Assembly: GCF_009914755.1 (NCBI RefSeq)
Contig: NC_060931.1
Direction: 5' to 3' (one strand)
DNA: 64,000 nucleotides
Source: the human T2T-CHM13v2.0 reference genome, Homo sapiens
The notes beneath the pieces are model-generated. The model saw nothing but the letters and a program-made list of their open reading frames with translations, made no database searches and was not told the origin of the DNA. Made by a program: the position numbers and the translations under genes. Positions 47,188 to 59,175 of the stretch are shown one piece after another; the stretch's first letter is position 1, and every line of letters starts with the position of its first letter.

Positions 47188-48607
47188 TGTTTTTTTTCCC
47201 AAGATTGTGTTGGAGTCCTACCCCAAATCATTGTGATTAGCACAGCTTCTGAATGTTACTAGTTTTATCACAGGTGTTTGCATGTCACCAGCTAATGGAG
47301 TATAGTAAGATGGCCTACACTCACTGAGAATCAGAGGTCCTCGGGAGGATGCCTGTCATCAGGGGTGGGCCGAGCGTGGCTCCCAGGCCGGCGGCCGGTG
47401 TGCTCCTATCCGACCAGCCACGGGTGTTGGCTTCCCGAGTCTCCCATTGGGTCTGGCATTAGTTCTTGAAAAATTTCTGGAGGAAGATTCTTTGTTCTTT
47501 GTTTTGTTTGCCCTTTTCTACGTTCTGTCCTACTTTCTGCTTTCTGGTAATTTTGTACACAAACCTAAATGTTGACTTGGGGTTATTGCAGATACTTCTC
47601 ATGAGGTGTTATCTGCAGAGAGATCTTTGTTTTGGTATCCTGAGCTCGTTAAGGCAGCTTTATCGATTGCAGTGGTTTACAGGATGGTGTGTGCTTTTGC
47701 GGAGTGTGGGAAACCAGATACTGCATCCCTGCCCATCGTGAGCCTGCAGTCTACACTCTATGTATCCCTGCCGTTGACATGCAGGCCTCCAGTGGTGGAA
47801 CTGGGAGCACGGGAAAGGCTGTGGTGGGGTTAATGACTCCTTCCAGGAACTTCCTGAGGAGGTGAGTGGTGAACCTGAAATAATTGAATATGTAAGCTTT
47901 CTCATACTTGAAAGAAATAAACAGCCAAAGGCATATGGTAACTCAAATAGAAATTCAGGGCATGCTCAGCTCTTTCAGATCCACCTGCTCCGGGTCAGCA
48001 AGCATCACAACTAGCAGGGTAGTCTAGGAAGTGACGCAGCCACCCTGTGCATCCCTCACAGAACAGCAGGTTCACCTGGAGGTTTTTCTAATGAGAAATT
48101 ACCTAGACTTCCCAAACACGGGCTGAATGCTGGAGTGCTACACTGTGGCATGCTGGGATCAACCCAGAGGGCTTTTCCTGGTGCTTGGATGGTGGTCAAA
48201 GTTGGTGACCTGAAGAGACTGGTGACCAGCATGTCCAGGTGGGAAAAGGCACTGACTACACAAAGGTCTCTGCTTCCAGAAAATTCTGAGGGTAAGTTCT
48301 TGAGCCCAAGTGCTTTGTGCCTCGACTGATTTATCTGTGAAACAGGGACAGTCTGGAGGCTTGGGTTTCACAGGAGCATTCTGGAGATGCCATGAGCATT
48401 GTAGACAGGCTTTTGACTTTCACATACTGTAAACCACGTTTTAATTTGTCTCCCTAGGCGGTTGGTGTCACAGGTTGCAAACATCACATCTTCAAAAGTC
48501 TGCCCTAACAGCCTACAAGGTTACAATAGTTTTGGCCAAGGTCTTAACAATAAAAATATTGCTGTATAAAGGCAACGTTACTACTACTTTTTCTTCTGCA
48601 GAGGTAG

Positions 48608-48895
<288 letters not shown>

Positions 48896-48921
48896 TAAAT
48901 GTTGACAGGAGGCAGTGTCCG

Positions 48922-49074
48922 TCATTAGCTTATAACTGAGGGCCTTATTTATGTTCAAAATACTGAGCTGAAGATTCTTGACACCAATTTTACCGTTCAG
49001 ATAGGAGCTCCCACCACCAGCCTCGTCTTCCCTGACCCTGGAGTGGGCAAAAGCAAACATAGAGGCTCGAAGGG
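48922..49074 (+). repeat. Left arm of a non-Alu inverted repeat
   Basis: Reverse complement of 50394-50548, with 8 substitutions + 2 one-base indels by hand alignment. Confidence 0.93.
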
Positions 49075-49599
49075 TGTCACAGGAGGGAACCATAGCCAGC
49101 CAACTGGGGCTGCCTAGAGAGGCAAATACGGCAGAAGTCACTGGGTTTTTCTTTCTGCACGATCCAGAATAAAGAAAGGCACACCTGTTGTGCTCATTAA
49201 GGTGATCTTATGTCATGGAAGCAGCCTGGTGTCAGTCTTGAATTTATCGTGGAGGGTGTTCACATACTGAGTCACCCAAAGAATTCAATTGCTGGCAATG
49301 TTTCTTAGATTTGTGGATAGCACAAGGTCCATGCGTCTCCTTGAACTGCCAGGATTGCAGACAGAAGTCCGCCTCCACGATGGGTGCTCCACGCCTTCAC
49401 AGCTCAGGACCCGCATGTGAACTGGCCAGCGTCACTCCACGTACGCACCGTGCTAGGTAATGGGATGGCGCCGATGGACTGATGAGTTTGAGGTGATGAC
49501 TGAATGGATGCTGTCGTGCTTGCATCCACAGACTTGACAGGACCAGAGCTGTTAGAGCTCATTCAAGTGTGAGGGGGGTAGTCTTTCTTAAAATGGTAT

Positions 49600-49930
49600 C
49601 GTGTTCATGGTCATCAGCTCCCTGTGGCTGCTGTAGCAAATTACCACAAATCAGGTGGCTTAAAGCAGCAGCATTTCTCTCCTCCAGGGATCAGGAGGCC
49701 TCACAGCCTCAGGGAGGAACCCTTTGTCTCCTCCAGCTTCTGGTATCTGGTGTCTTCTCCCCCTGTCTCCAGTGTCCTGCCTTTTTCCTATAGACACCCC
49801 TGTAATCCAGGATGACTTCATCTCAAGATCCTCAATTACATCTGCAAAGACTTTTTCCAAATAAGGCCATGTATGTACACATGTCCTGGAGTCAGGACGT
49901 GGCCTGTTTCTTTGGGCAGCCCCATTCTGG
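49600..49930 (-). mobile_element. MLT1-type LTR fragment
   Basis: ggctgctgtagcaaattaccacaaa...ggtggcttaaa...aattacatctgcaaagac.ttttccaaataaggcca. Confidence 0.75.
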
Positions 49931-50393
49931 CTGTGTTGATTTAAGTGTGGTAGGTAGACCCGTGGGGATTTCGAAACGTGTTCTGGTTGTACTTGGCTGT
50001 TGCCCACGCAGACGCAAACAAGCCTTTCCTTTGACTCAGTAAAACGAGCGGTGCATGAGATCAGTGTTCCCGGCCCTTCCTGAAGGCCATTGTGTCTCTA
50101 GGGGTTGGGGCTTAGCAGTCTGTATTTTTTATAGTGTCCTGGATAATCCTTCACAGGTGATTTCTGGAAAACAATTAGACAGTCTCAAAAAATCCTTTCA
50201 ATGTTAAAAACTTCTAGGTTGGGAGTTGCAGGGCATTCCAGCTGATTTGCCTGGAGTTCATTTCTGGTGCTCCAGGGAGTCCTGATACCCGCAGCACCTG
50301 GGCCGGAACCTCCAGCTGTACGTGCCATCCAGGCTCCATGGAGGATGGTCTGTGGCACAGCTGCCGACTGCTCGGCTGTGGCCTGGCCCACAG

Positions 50394-50548
50394 CCCTTCG
50401 AGCCTCTACGTTTGCTTTTGCCCAGTCGGGGGTCAGGGAAGATGAGGCTGGTGCTGGGAGCTCCTATCTGAACCGTAAAACTGGTGTCAAGAGATCTTCA
50501 GCTCAGTATTTTGAACATAAAATAAGGCCCTCAGTTATAAGCTAATGA
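50394..50548 (-). repeat. Right arm of a non-Alu inverted repeat
   Basis: Pairs with 48922-49074. Also visible as near-identical peptides in opposite-strand ORFs (LRAS.FAFA.S.VREDEAG.GSSYLN.K.GVK). Confidence 0.93.
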
Positions 50549-51019
50549 TGGGTTCTAGAGGCTAATTGCAGCCCGGAGCCAGACGTGAGACTCCAGTCCG
50601 GACTGCGTTCTATGTTCCCGACACGCGGGCTGTCCCTAGGCACCTGGCCCTCCTCAGGTCAGCCTGGCCTTCTCCCACTCAACACCTACCACTGCATCAC
50701 AGACCCTCCCAACAACACCTGAGGCCTTCCTGCCGCTTTCTCTGCCCCTCCCTGTCCCAAGCCATTGGCTTAGAATTGCAGCAAAGTGTCCTCCGTCCTC
50801 AGTTCCTGCCCACTGCCAAAGTGACCCTGACCTCAAGTCAGTTCATGACACTCTGGGCAAGACCTTCCAGTGTGTCCCCAGCTCAGGGAGAGCTGAGACC
50901 CTGTCATTCGCCCCTGGTGCCATCAGACCGCGCCCCTCCCCGGCTTGGGGCCCTGGGATGTGTGCTGTGCTGTGGCGCATGGCTGATCTCGTGTTGTACA
51001 GCAGTTTATTGCCCAGTGC

Positions 51020-51277
51020 CACCTCCCCTGCCACACACACCCTATTTAAAACACAGCCCCCCTGACCTCAGCACATCCATCCTCTCTTATTGGTATCTTT
51101 CTCTAGAGTGCTGATTTTCATCTAATACACCATGTACTTCACTCACCTATTACTTCCTTTCTCCCCCACCATGTAAGTTTCATGGAGGGTGGGAGGTTAG
51201 TAAACTGCTGTTTACCAAGCATGTAGAATAACGCCTTGCACACAGCAGATGCTCAGTAAATACTGGTTGAGTGCATG
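51020..51277 (+). mobile_element. L2 3' end
   Basis: atgtaagtttcatggaggg...gcacacagcagatgctcagtaaatactggttgagtg, a typical L2 terminus. Confidence 0.6.
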
Positions 51278-51749
51278 GATTTGCTACATCTATGGAGAAC
51301 AGTCTTGCTAACTAAGGTAAATTTCAAGTTAGCCCCTGTATGGTTCCTACCCTCAATTCTTGGACCCCCATTTTTCTCACGAGAGCCTCCCTGCGGCTGC
51401 CAGCCGGCCCTAGCTCAGGGTAGGAGTGGGCGCCCGGTGCAGGCCGCCCAGGCACCGCCTTTCTGGTGGTCCCACTGCGGGCAGCTGCCCACGTGTCCAG
51501 CAAGTGCCTGCCTGGCCTGCTCCAGACCCCGGGTCGGCTTCGTGGTCCTGGGCAGTGCGTGGGCTCCATCTGGTGGTCAGGAGTGGGCACTGCGTGTGGA
51601 AGGGCGCCCGGCGCTCTGGAAGGTGATCTTCACCCGGGTGCCTGCCCCCGCAACCAGAGTCAGCAGGCTTGCACTGCTTGTGTCTCCTCATCAGGAAGTG
51701 GCTAATAAAATAGCAATATAAAGCTAACCTTTTAAGAGAAATGTTAAAG

Positions 51750-52035
<286 letters not shown>

Positions 52036-52140
52036 AGAAATGTTAAAGTTTAACATCCCATTGCCTTAGTTCCTCAAATGTTACACACACAGCAGCAAGC
52101 CAGCAGTTTCTACTAGGTTTACAGTAGAGAAGGGAAACCT

Positions 52141-53180
52141 GGCCAGGCACCCGAGCTCATGTCTGTAATCCCAGCACTTTGGGAGGCCAAGGCAGGTGGA
52201 TCGCTTGAGGCCAGGAGTTTGAGACCAGCCTGGGCAACATGGCAAAACCCCATCTCTACAAAAAATAAAAAGGTTAGCAGGGCATGGTTGGTGCACGCCT
52301 GTGGTCTCAGCTACTCTGGAGGCAGAGGCAGGAGGATCGCTTGAACCCAGGAGGTCGAGGCTGCAGTGAGCTATGAATGGCACCACTGCACTCCAACCGG
52401 CCACAGTGTGAAACTCTGTCTCAAAGAAAAGTGAAAACCTTTGTCCACACACAGACTTGTACACAAATGTTCATAGCTGCCTTATTCACGATCGCCAAAG
52501 GATGGAAACACACAAGTGTTCATCAGCTGAGGAAGGAATAAACATTATGTGGTCCCTCTGTGCAGTGGAATAGGACTTGGTCGTAAAAAGAAGTGTGGGC
52601 CAGGCGCGGTGGCTCACGCCTGTAATCCCAGCACTTTTGGAGGCCGAGGCGGGCAGATCACGAGGTCAGGAGATCAAGACCATCCTGGCTAACACGGTGA
52701 AACCCCGTCTCTACTAAAAATACAAAAACAATTAGCCGGGCGTGGTGGCGGGCGCCTGTAGCCCCAGCTACTCAGGAGGCTGAGGCAGGAGAATGGTGTG
52801 AACCCAGGAGGCGGAGCTTGCAGTGAACCGAGATTGTGCCACTGCACTCGAGCCTGGGCGACAGATTGAGACTCTGTCTCAAAAATAATAATAATAGTAA
52901 GTAAAAGGAAGTGTGATACACAGCAGCATGGGTGCGCCTCAGGGACGTTAGATACAAAAGGACACATGCTGGGTGACTCCTTGACCTGAAGTGTCCAGCA
53001 CAGGCACATCCCCAGAGGCGGGGTGCAGACTGGTGCTTGTTAGGGCTTAGGAGGGAAGAGACGGGCACTGACAGCTGATGGGTACAGGGCTTCTTTGGGG
53101 GCTGACGAGAATGTTCTGGAATTGGTGGTGGTGGCTGCACAATCTTGTGAATATACTTAGAAATAGGAAACTGTACACAG
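52141..53180 (+). mobile_element. Alu (52141-52430), then an old L1 3' fragment (52430-53180) interrupted by an AluY-like element (52598-52895)
   Basis: Alu consensus segments; L1 text acttgtacacaaatgttcatagc...gaatgttctggaatt...gctgcacaatcttgtgaatatact. Confidence 0.8.
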
Positions 53181-53680
53181 CTGGCCCTTGCGTAACACGG
53201 TCTGAGCTGTGCAGGTCCACCAAAGCGTGGGTGGGTTTCTTTTTTTTTCTTTTTCTTTTTTTTTTTTTTTTTTTTTTTTTGAGATGGAGTCCCAGCCTCC
53301 CGAGTAGCTGGGACTGCAGGCGCCCACCACCACGCCTGGCTAATTTTTTTGTATTTTTAGTAGAGACGGGGTTTCACCGTGTTAGCCAGGATGGTCTCGA
53401 TCTCCTGACCTTGTGATCCACCCGTCTCGGCCTCCCAAAGTGCTGGGATTACAGGCGGGAGCCACCGCGCCCGGCTACGTGGGTGGTTTTCCATGAAAGC
53501 TGCCCTCTATTGAGAGGCCAGCCTCTCACCTCGCCTTCCGCCTGCCCTTCCTCCTCTAGCCCACTTTATTGTAAGAATACAGCATATGATACGTAACATA
53601 GAAACCATGTGCTAACCACTGTTGATGTCACCAGTTGGTTAGGCTTCTGGTCACCAGCAGGCCGAGTTACATTTTTGGGG
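53178..53680. mobile_element. Tigger2/MER28-like fragment interrupted by an internally deleted antisense Alu (53237-53475)
   Basis: cagctggcccttgcgtaacacgg...gcaggtccac start; actttattgtaagaatacagcata...aggcttctggtcaccagcagg. Confidence 0.65.
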
Positions 53681-54765
53681 AACACTGCCTAGTTCAGAGG
53701 AAAGACTGGAGTTGGAAATTCTGTCAAACCCATTTGAAGAAGCTTGGAATTTTCTAATTTGGGGGTGTATTTACCTTATTTCATTCTTACCTTTGCTGAG
53801 GCTTCCAGTTCAGAAAGAATGGGCCTGGGGCGGTCTTTATCTTCCCCCAGGACCCCCAGTCGAAGGATCCCTTCCTTTGAGGTGGGGCCCACATGGATCT
53901 GCAGGGGCCTCCCCTCCCTGCAGCACCCTCGCCCCCCTCCCCTACTCAGGGGCCCCTGGGACCAGAGACCTCAGCCCTAGGGACACCCTGGTGGGCCTGT
54001 GCTGCCACCGAGGCCCCTCTCCCCTCTCCGGGGCTGACCGCGGTGGCCGTAGGGGCCTTGCCAGGGTCTGCAGATTCAGGGGGCAGTTTCCTGTTCTGCA
54101 GCAGAAGGCGTCCTTGCACAGTCCCCGTGCAGCAATGATGTGTGTGTGAGCACAGGCCCTGGCCACTGCGGGGCAGGCAGAGGGAGCCGGTTCTCCACCT
54201 GCCCAGCTGGGACCCCAGTGTGGGACCTGTTTCCTGATCCGCCGCATCTGGGGCTGTCACCTGCAGCTCAGACTGTGGTGCCCGCGGCCAGGTAAGGTTC
54301 ACACATTATGTTCACATCCAGACCCCACAGATGTGAGGGGCCCCAGCAGATGTTCTGCACCAAGTAAGGGATGAACAGACAGGCCCAGGTCCAAGGCCTC
54401 CTGCCCCCTCTCTATTGCCCCCGCCTGGTCTCGCTGAGGCTCCTAAATGGGGTGACAAGGGCAAGGCCAGGACTCCCAGCCACCCTTACCACCCTGTGCC
54501 CTGACACCCAGCCAGCTCCTCACCTAAGACCCATCCAACATCTTGGACTATCATTCAAGGAGGAAAGACACCTTGATCCATCTTCAGAGTCCCAACATTA
54601 CTAAGACAGCCACCTAAGACACCATGAAAGGAAGGCTGGTCACAACAAGGACTGATGAGGCAGGAAGTGCCTGATAAATTCACTCAGAATGTGGTCATTG
54701 CTTCCTGGATACAATGAAGTCAACACTGAAAACTCACAGGAGAGAAGTCCCCCTGGAGGGAGCCT

Positions 54766-54914
54766 CCCCTGTCTACTGGGGGGACTGTTTCGCTGTAGCA
54801 GTGTGGGGCCATCCACTCCCTGCTTCAGGGCTATCCCCCGTCTACTGGGGGGACCATTTGTCTAACGGGGCAGCATCACCCACTGCAGGAATCACCCCTG
54901 TCTACTGGGGAGAC
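54766..54914. repeat. Three interspaced 20-bp direct repeats CCCCYGTCTACTGGGGRGAC
   Basis: Copies at 54766-54785, 54835-54854, 54895-54914; spacers of 49 and 40 bp. Confidence 0.85.
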
Positions 54915-55497
54915 CGTCCCCCGTTCAGTCTGGGGCCTCAGCCTCTGAGGCAAGCAGGGGAGAACCGGGCAGAGTCTGTTGACTTCGGATGGTCCTAATG
55001 GCCTCAGTTTCTGAGCAACTCCTTTCTGCGTCTCCCCACACCGGCGCTCCCGTTCCTCCAGCCAGGCTCCCGTGTGTCCTCCTGGTGCCTGTCCTTCCCC
55101 CGGGTGTGGGCTCCTTCGCAGGCGCTGCCCACCCCCCACCTCCTGCAGCCACTCATGGCCGGCTCTGGGCCCTGGATCCCCGGAAGGCACACACATTGAG
55201 GAAGAGGCTGTGTCTCCTCTCCCCTCCCCTTGCCGGGCTGCTGGGGGCAGTCCTTGGCCGGCTGCCCATCTGTGCCATCGTCTGCACAGAATGGAAAGTG
55301 AGCGTCTGTCATGCTCAGTAATTCCATGTCTGTTGAATCTAATATCAAAAGATCTGGGCATCTGTGCTGTGTGTCTGAGTTTTTTCATTTCATTTTCTAG
55401 TGATGAGTGTTGAGTGCAGGTTGCCACATACAGAGCAGCGAGACCGCTGGACTTTCGCTCTGCCCAGTGCTTGGTGGCCCCCCAAGGAATGTGTTAA

Positions 55498-55818
<321 letters not shown>

Positions 55819-56479
55819 TGACTTCTTTTCAAGGAGGTTTCTAGGGGCCTGGAATTGCTTTTCACAGGGGGATGGGGACTTGATTTACTCCTGAAAGGGT
55901 GAGGGGCGATGGTGTCCCCCTCCCCAGGTCACCCCTTGAGCTGCCATGGGCTTCCAGTGTTCAGGAGCCTTTGGGGACAGGAGACAAGGACAAAACACTT
56001 GCCTTAGGGGACCCTTGAATGAGGGCTGTCACTGGCTTAGGTCACCTGGGGAAGCTGCTTACCCTCAGGTGGGTGCCTGGAGTCTCATTCAGGGAAGGGC
56101 AGAGCCTAGGGTGGGGGCGCACCCTCAGACAGTGCAAGGGATCTGCAGGGATGTCAGAGGCTCTGTCCCAGACAGACAGGCCCACAGGTGGGCACCACAC
56201 CAGGGCCACCACCCTAGCCCCACAGCCAGGCCACCCCCAGATGGGCAGCCTGGGCCCATCTTGACGCTGTCAGCTCCCATCCAACTCAGATGCCCGCCCC
56301 CCCTCCAGGGGAAGCAGGGAACCCTCGTGTGGGTGGAAGCTCCTGTTCCTTTAGAATGGAGATTGCAGCTGGGCACAGTGGCTCACGCCTGTAATCTCAA
56401 CACTTTGGGAGGCCAAGGCAGGAGGACCCATTGAGCTCAGGAGATCTGTAGAGCGGAAGGAGGGTCTGGTTCTTCGACA

Positions 56480-56720
56480 CGTGTTTGAGAGATGCTAGCA
56501 GCCAAGGCTGGGCTCTGGAGGCCGACAACACAGAAACACACTGTGTCCCAGTTCTGGAGGCCAAAGTTCAATGTCAGCATCGCTGGAGCAAAGCCCCTCA
56601 GGGGCTCGGGGACCCTCCTCCCCTGGTCCCGCTCCTGGGGTGCAATAGGCCTTGGCTGGGTCTGCATCGCCCCACCCCCCTCGCCTGTGAGCCTGCCCTC
56701 TGCTTCCTCGGTGATGCCAC
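56480..56720 (-). mobile_element. GC-drifted MLT1-like LTR fragment
   Basis: acaacacagaaac...cccagttctggaggccaaagttcaa...gtcagca...cttggctggg...catc. Confidence 0.55.
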
Positions 56721-56929
56721 GGAGCCCCGCTGGTCCAGCAGCAGCTGACCTGGGCTGTTCTCTTTTCTTTTTTTGTAGAGACGGGGTCTGGCTGTGTTGC
56801 CCAGACTGGTGTTGAACTGGCCTTGAGCCACCTCCTGCCTCAGCCTCCCCACGTGCTGGGAGTGAGGCTGAGCCACGGGGCTGGCTGCTGTGGGCGAGTT
56901 TCCTCCGTGGGACCCTGGGCTCAGATCCT

Positions 56930-57990
56930 CCCAGGGCCTGACCCCTCGGACACACGGACAGTATGCGCTGGCTGTATACCTGGGTCACCCGTGCCCGCAC
57001 CGAACCCAGCACGAGGCCCACTTCATTTCCGTATTCGTCCGCTCGCCCAGTAAACACTGAGAACGCGCAAATCCCTGCGGGGCCCGGGCTTCCGGGACGG
57101 GCTGGACGGACAGGCCTGAGGGGCGCGGCCCGGGGACGCGGGAGGGGGCGTGGGAGGCGGAAGTCCCAGGAGAGCCTCTGGGGACTCCAGGGCCGCGGGA
57201 GCGGTTGTGGGTGCGGGGTCGGGATTTGCATTTCCCGCGCTGGGCCGGCGGACGCCCGAGGCCTGCAGGAGACCCGGGGCCCAGGGCTCGGAGTCCAGGA
57301 GGTGATTCGGGAGGGCCTGGGACGGCCCCGGGGCCAGGGGTCGAGCCGAGAGGCGGCCCCGCGCCGCTCCCAGGAAGGAAGGAGAGCCACGCCCGGCCCC
57401 GCCACGTTCCAGAGACTTGGAACCGCGCAAAGGACGCTTCGGACTCGGCCACCCTGGGGGCCTGGCGGCCGCTCTCCTAGAAAACGGGTCCGCGGAGGGA
57501 GGACCGGGGCTCCCGCAGCCAAGGCTCCTCCCCGCCCGCTCCAGCCCGCAGCCCTCCGGGCCCTCCAGAGCCGCGGTCCCGAGAGTCCTCGGGGGTCCCC
57601 ACCGGGGGCCGGAGGTCGGAGGAGGGGGGCGAGGCCTGCGCGGGACGGTGCCGCGCGGATGGCAGAGGACGCCCGTGGGTGTCGCCCCCACGCCGGCTGC
57701 TCCGGGCCCCCCGCCCCGCCCCCACTCCTGCCCTGACCTGGGAGCGGCCGCCGCCGTCCAGTCCCACCCGACAAGGACTTCAGAGCGCTGACCGCAGGGG
57801 GCACAGCGTACCAGAAGGTTCCGCCCTGCATGCTTCCAGCTTGGCTGAGAAAGGAGCTGCCGGCCATGGAGGCTGTCGGGAAAGCGCCCTGACGATGAGA
57901 GATGCACGAGGGTCCTCGGGGGTGTCCTCAGGAAGGAGCTGAGCAGGTCCTCAGCTCGCCCCACCTCCCCGACAGGTGCACACCCGGCGG
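56930..57990. promoter_or_regulatory. CpG island with promoter-like motifs (GC boxes, ETS, octamer, E2F)
   Basis: Abrupt, very high GC and CpG density outside any Alu. GGGGGCGTGG 57144-57153, GCGGAAGT 57157-57164, ATTTGCAT 57224-57231, TTTCCCGC 57231-57238. Confidence 0.85.
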
Positions 57991-58749
57991 GGGCTGAGGT
58001 GGGCCCTCCTCTGTCTCCGTGGCCTCCTTGGTACCATGAGCACAGGGCCTGGTCATGGACACCTTCAGCCAGGAGTGTCCCTTCCAGAAAGGGGGAGCCG
58101 CCCGGGAAGGTGTTCCGGCGTGCTCAGTCCTTCAGTGACAGCACTGTGACCACTCCAGGTGCCTGGCACAGGCAGAGGTGGTGGCCGCCAGAGCTGGGGG
58201 ACGCTCCCAGGGTGTAAGGCCAAGGCCTTGGTCAGGAGGACGTGATGCTTGGTGTCACTGGGGCGAAGCTCCGGACCCCGGAGGGAGGAGCTGCTCCCCC
58301 TGATGGGAGGATGGGAGCTGGGGGTCCAGCTCTGCAGGTTTTAGCGTAGCCCTGTCCCTCAAGGCTGCCCAGGCCAGGCAGGGGTTTCTCTGCAGTCTCA
58401 GCTGGGTGAGGCCCGGCCGGGCAGGCAGGAGGGAGGAAGGCACAGTCTCCTGAGGCGGAGTTGGGGACTGACGGGGAGAGGCAGTGCTCCAGAGAGGCTC
58501 TGCACGGGGTCACCCTGCTGGCGATCAGCTGCAGAGGAGCCCTGCCCGTGGACCCGGGATTTGTGGGGGGCACTTCTGCCGGGCGGGGGGTCGGTGTCCA
58601 GGTGCTGCAGGGCACAGGGTGAGTGCCCATTGTGCCCTTGGTGGGTGCCGACTCCGCACTCAGCTCTGTGCTGATGAAGAGAACCCGCTCTTGTCCCGAA
58701 GGACTTAGGCCTGACCCCCGAGAAAAGGCCGGCACACAAAAACACCAGG

Positions 58750-59175
58750 GGTCAGGTGCTCAGGCCTCTAATCCCAGTACGTTAGGAGACCAAGGCCGGA
58801 GGATGGCCTGGGGCCTCAAGTTCAAGACCAGCCGGACAGCACAGCAAGACCCTGTCTCCACAAAAATAAAAAAATTGGGCCAGGAGTGGTGGCTCACTTT
58901 GGGAGGTCGTGGCAGGCAGATCATGAGGTCAGGAGTTCAAGACCAGCCTGGCTGACGTGGTGAAACCCCATCTCTACTAAAAATGTAAAAAATTAGCCGG
59001 GCGTGGTGGTGTGCACCTGTATTCCCAGCTACTCAGGAGGCTGAGGCAGGAGAACCACTTGAACCCAGGAGGTGGAGGTTTCAGTGAGCCGAGATTGCAC
59101 CACAGCACTCCAGCCTGGGCCACAGAGTGAGACTCAAAAAAAAAAAAAAAATAGCCGGTGTGGTAGTGCGTCATG
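58750..59175 (+). mobile_element. Nested Alus: an Alu (58878-59151) inserted in the middle A-linker of an older Alu
   Basis: Old left arm, then a full Alu, then resumption with agccggtgtggtagtgcg. Confidence 0.75.

Larger units (their letters stand above)
45588..47205 (+). other. UBE3C: UBE3C 3'UTR (approximate distal end)
   Basis: Repeat-free sequence after the stop codon, becoming AT/U-rich with clustered poly(A) signals. The end is inferred from the ATTAAA at 47182. Confidence 0.7.

Noticed and set aside
48922-50548. Autonomous DNA transposon with long terminal inverted repeats
   Set aside because: No transposase ORF, no evident TSD, and the interior is ordinary genomic DNA with an old MLT1. 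Kept instead as a local inverted duplication.
54766-54914. CRISPR mini-array, or a PVYWGD-repeat protein
   Set aside because: Only 3 copies of 20 bp, spacers contain decayed repeat copies, eukaryotic context. The ORF has no splice or homology support.
56963-57964. 257-aa and 313-aa ORFs in the CpG island as protein-coding genes
   Set aside because: Overlapping low-complexity R/G/P/A ORFs on both strands are expected in very GC-rich DNA; no recognisable domain.
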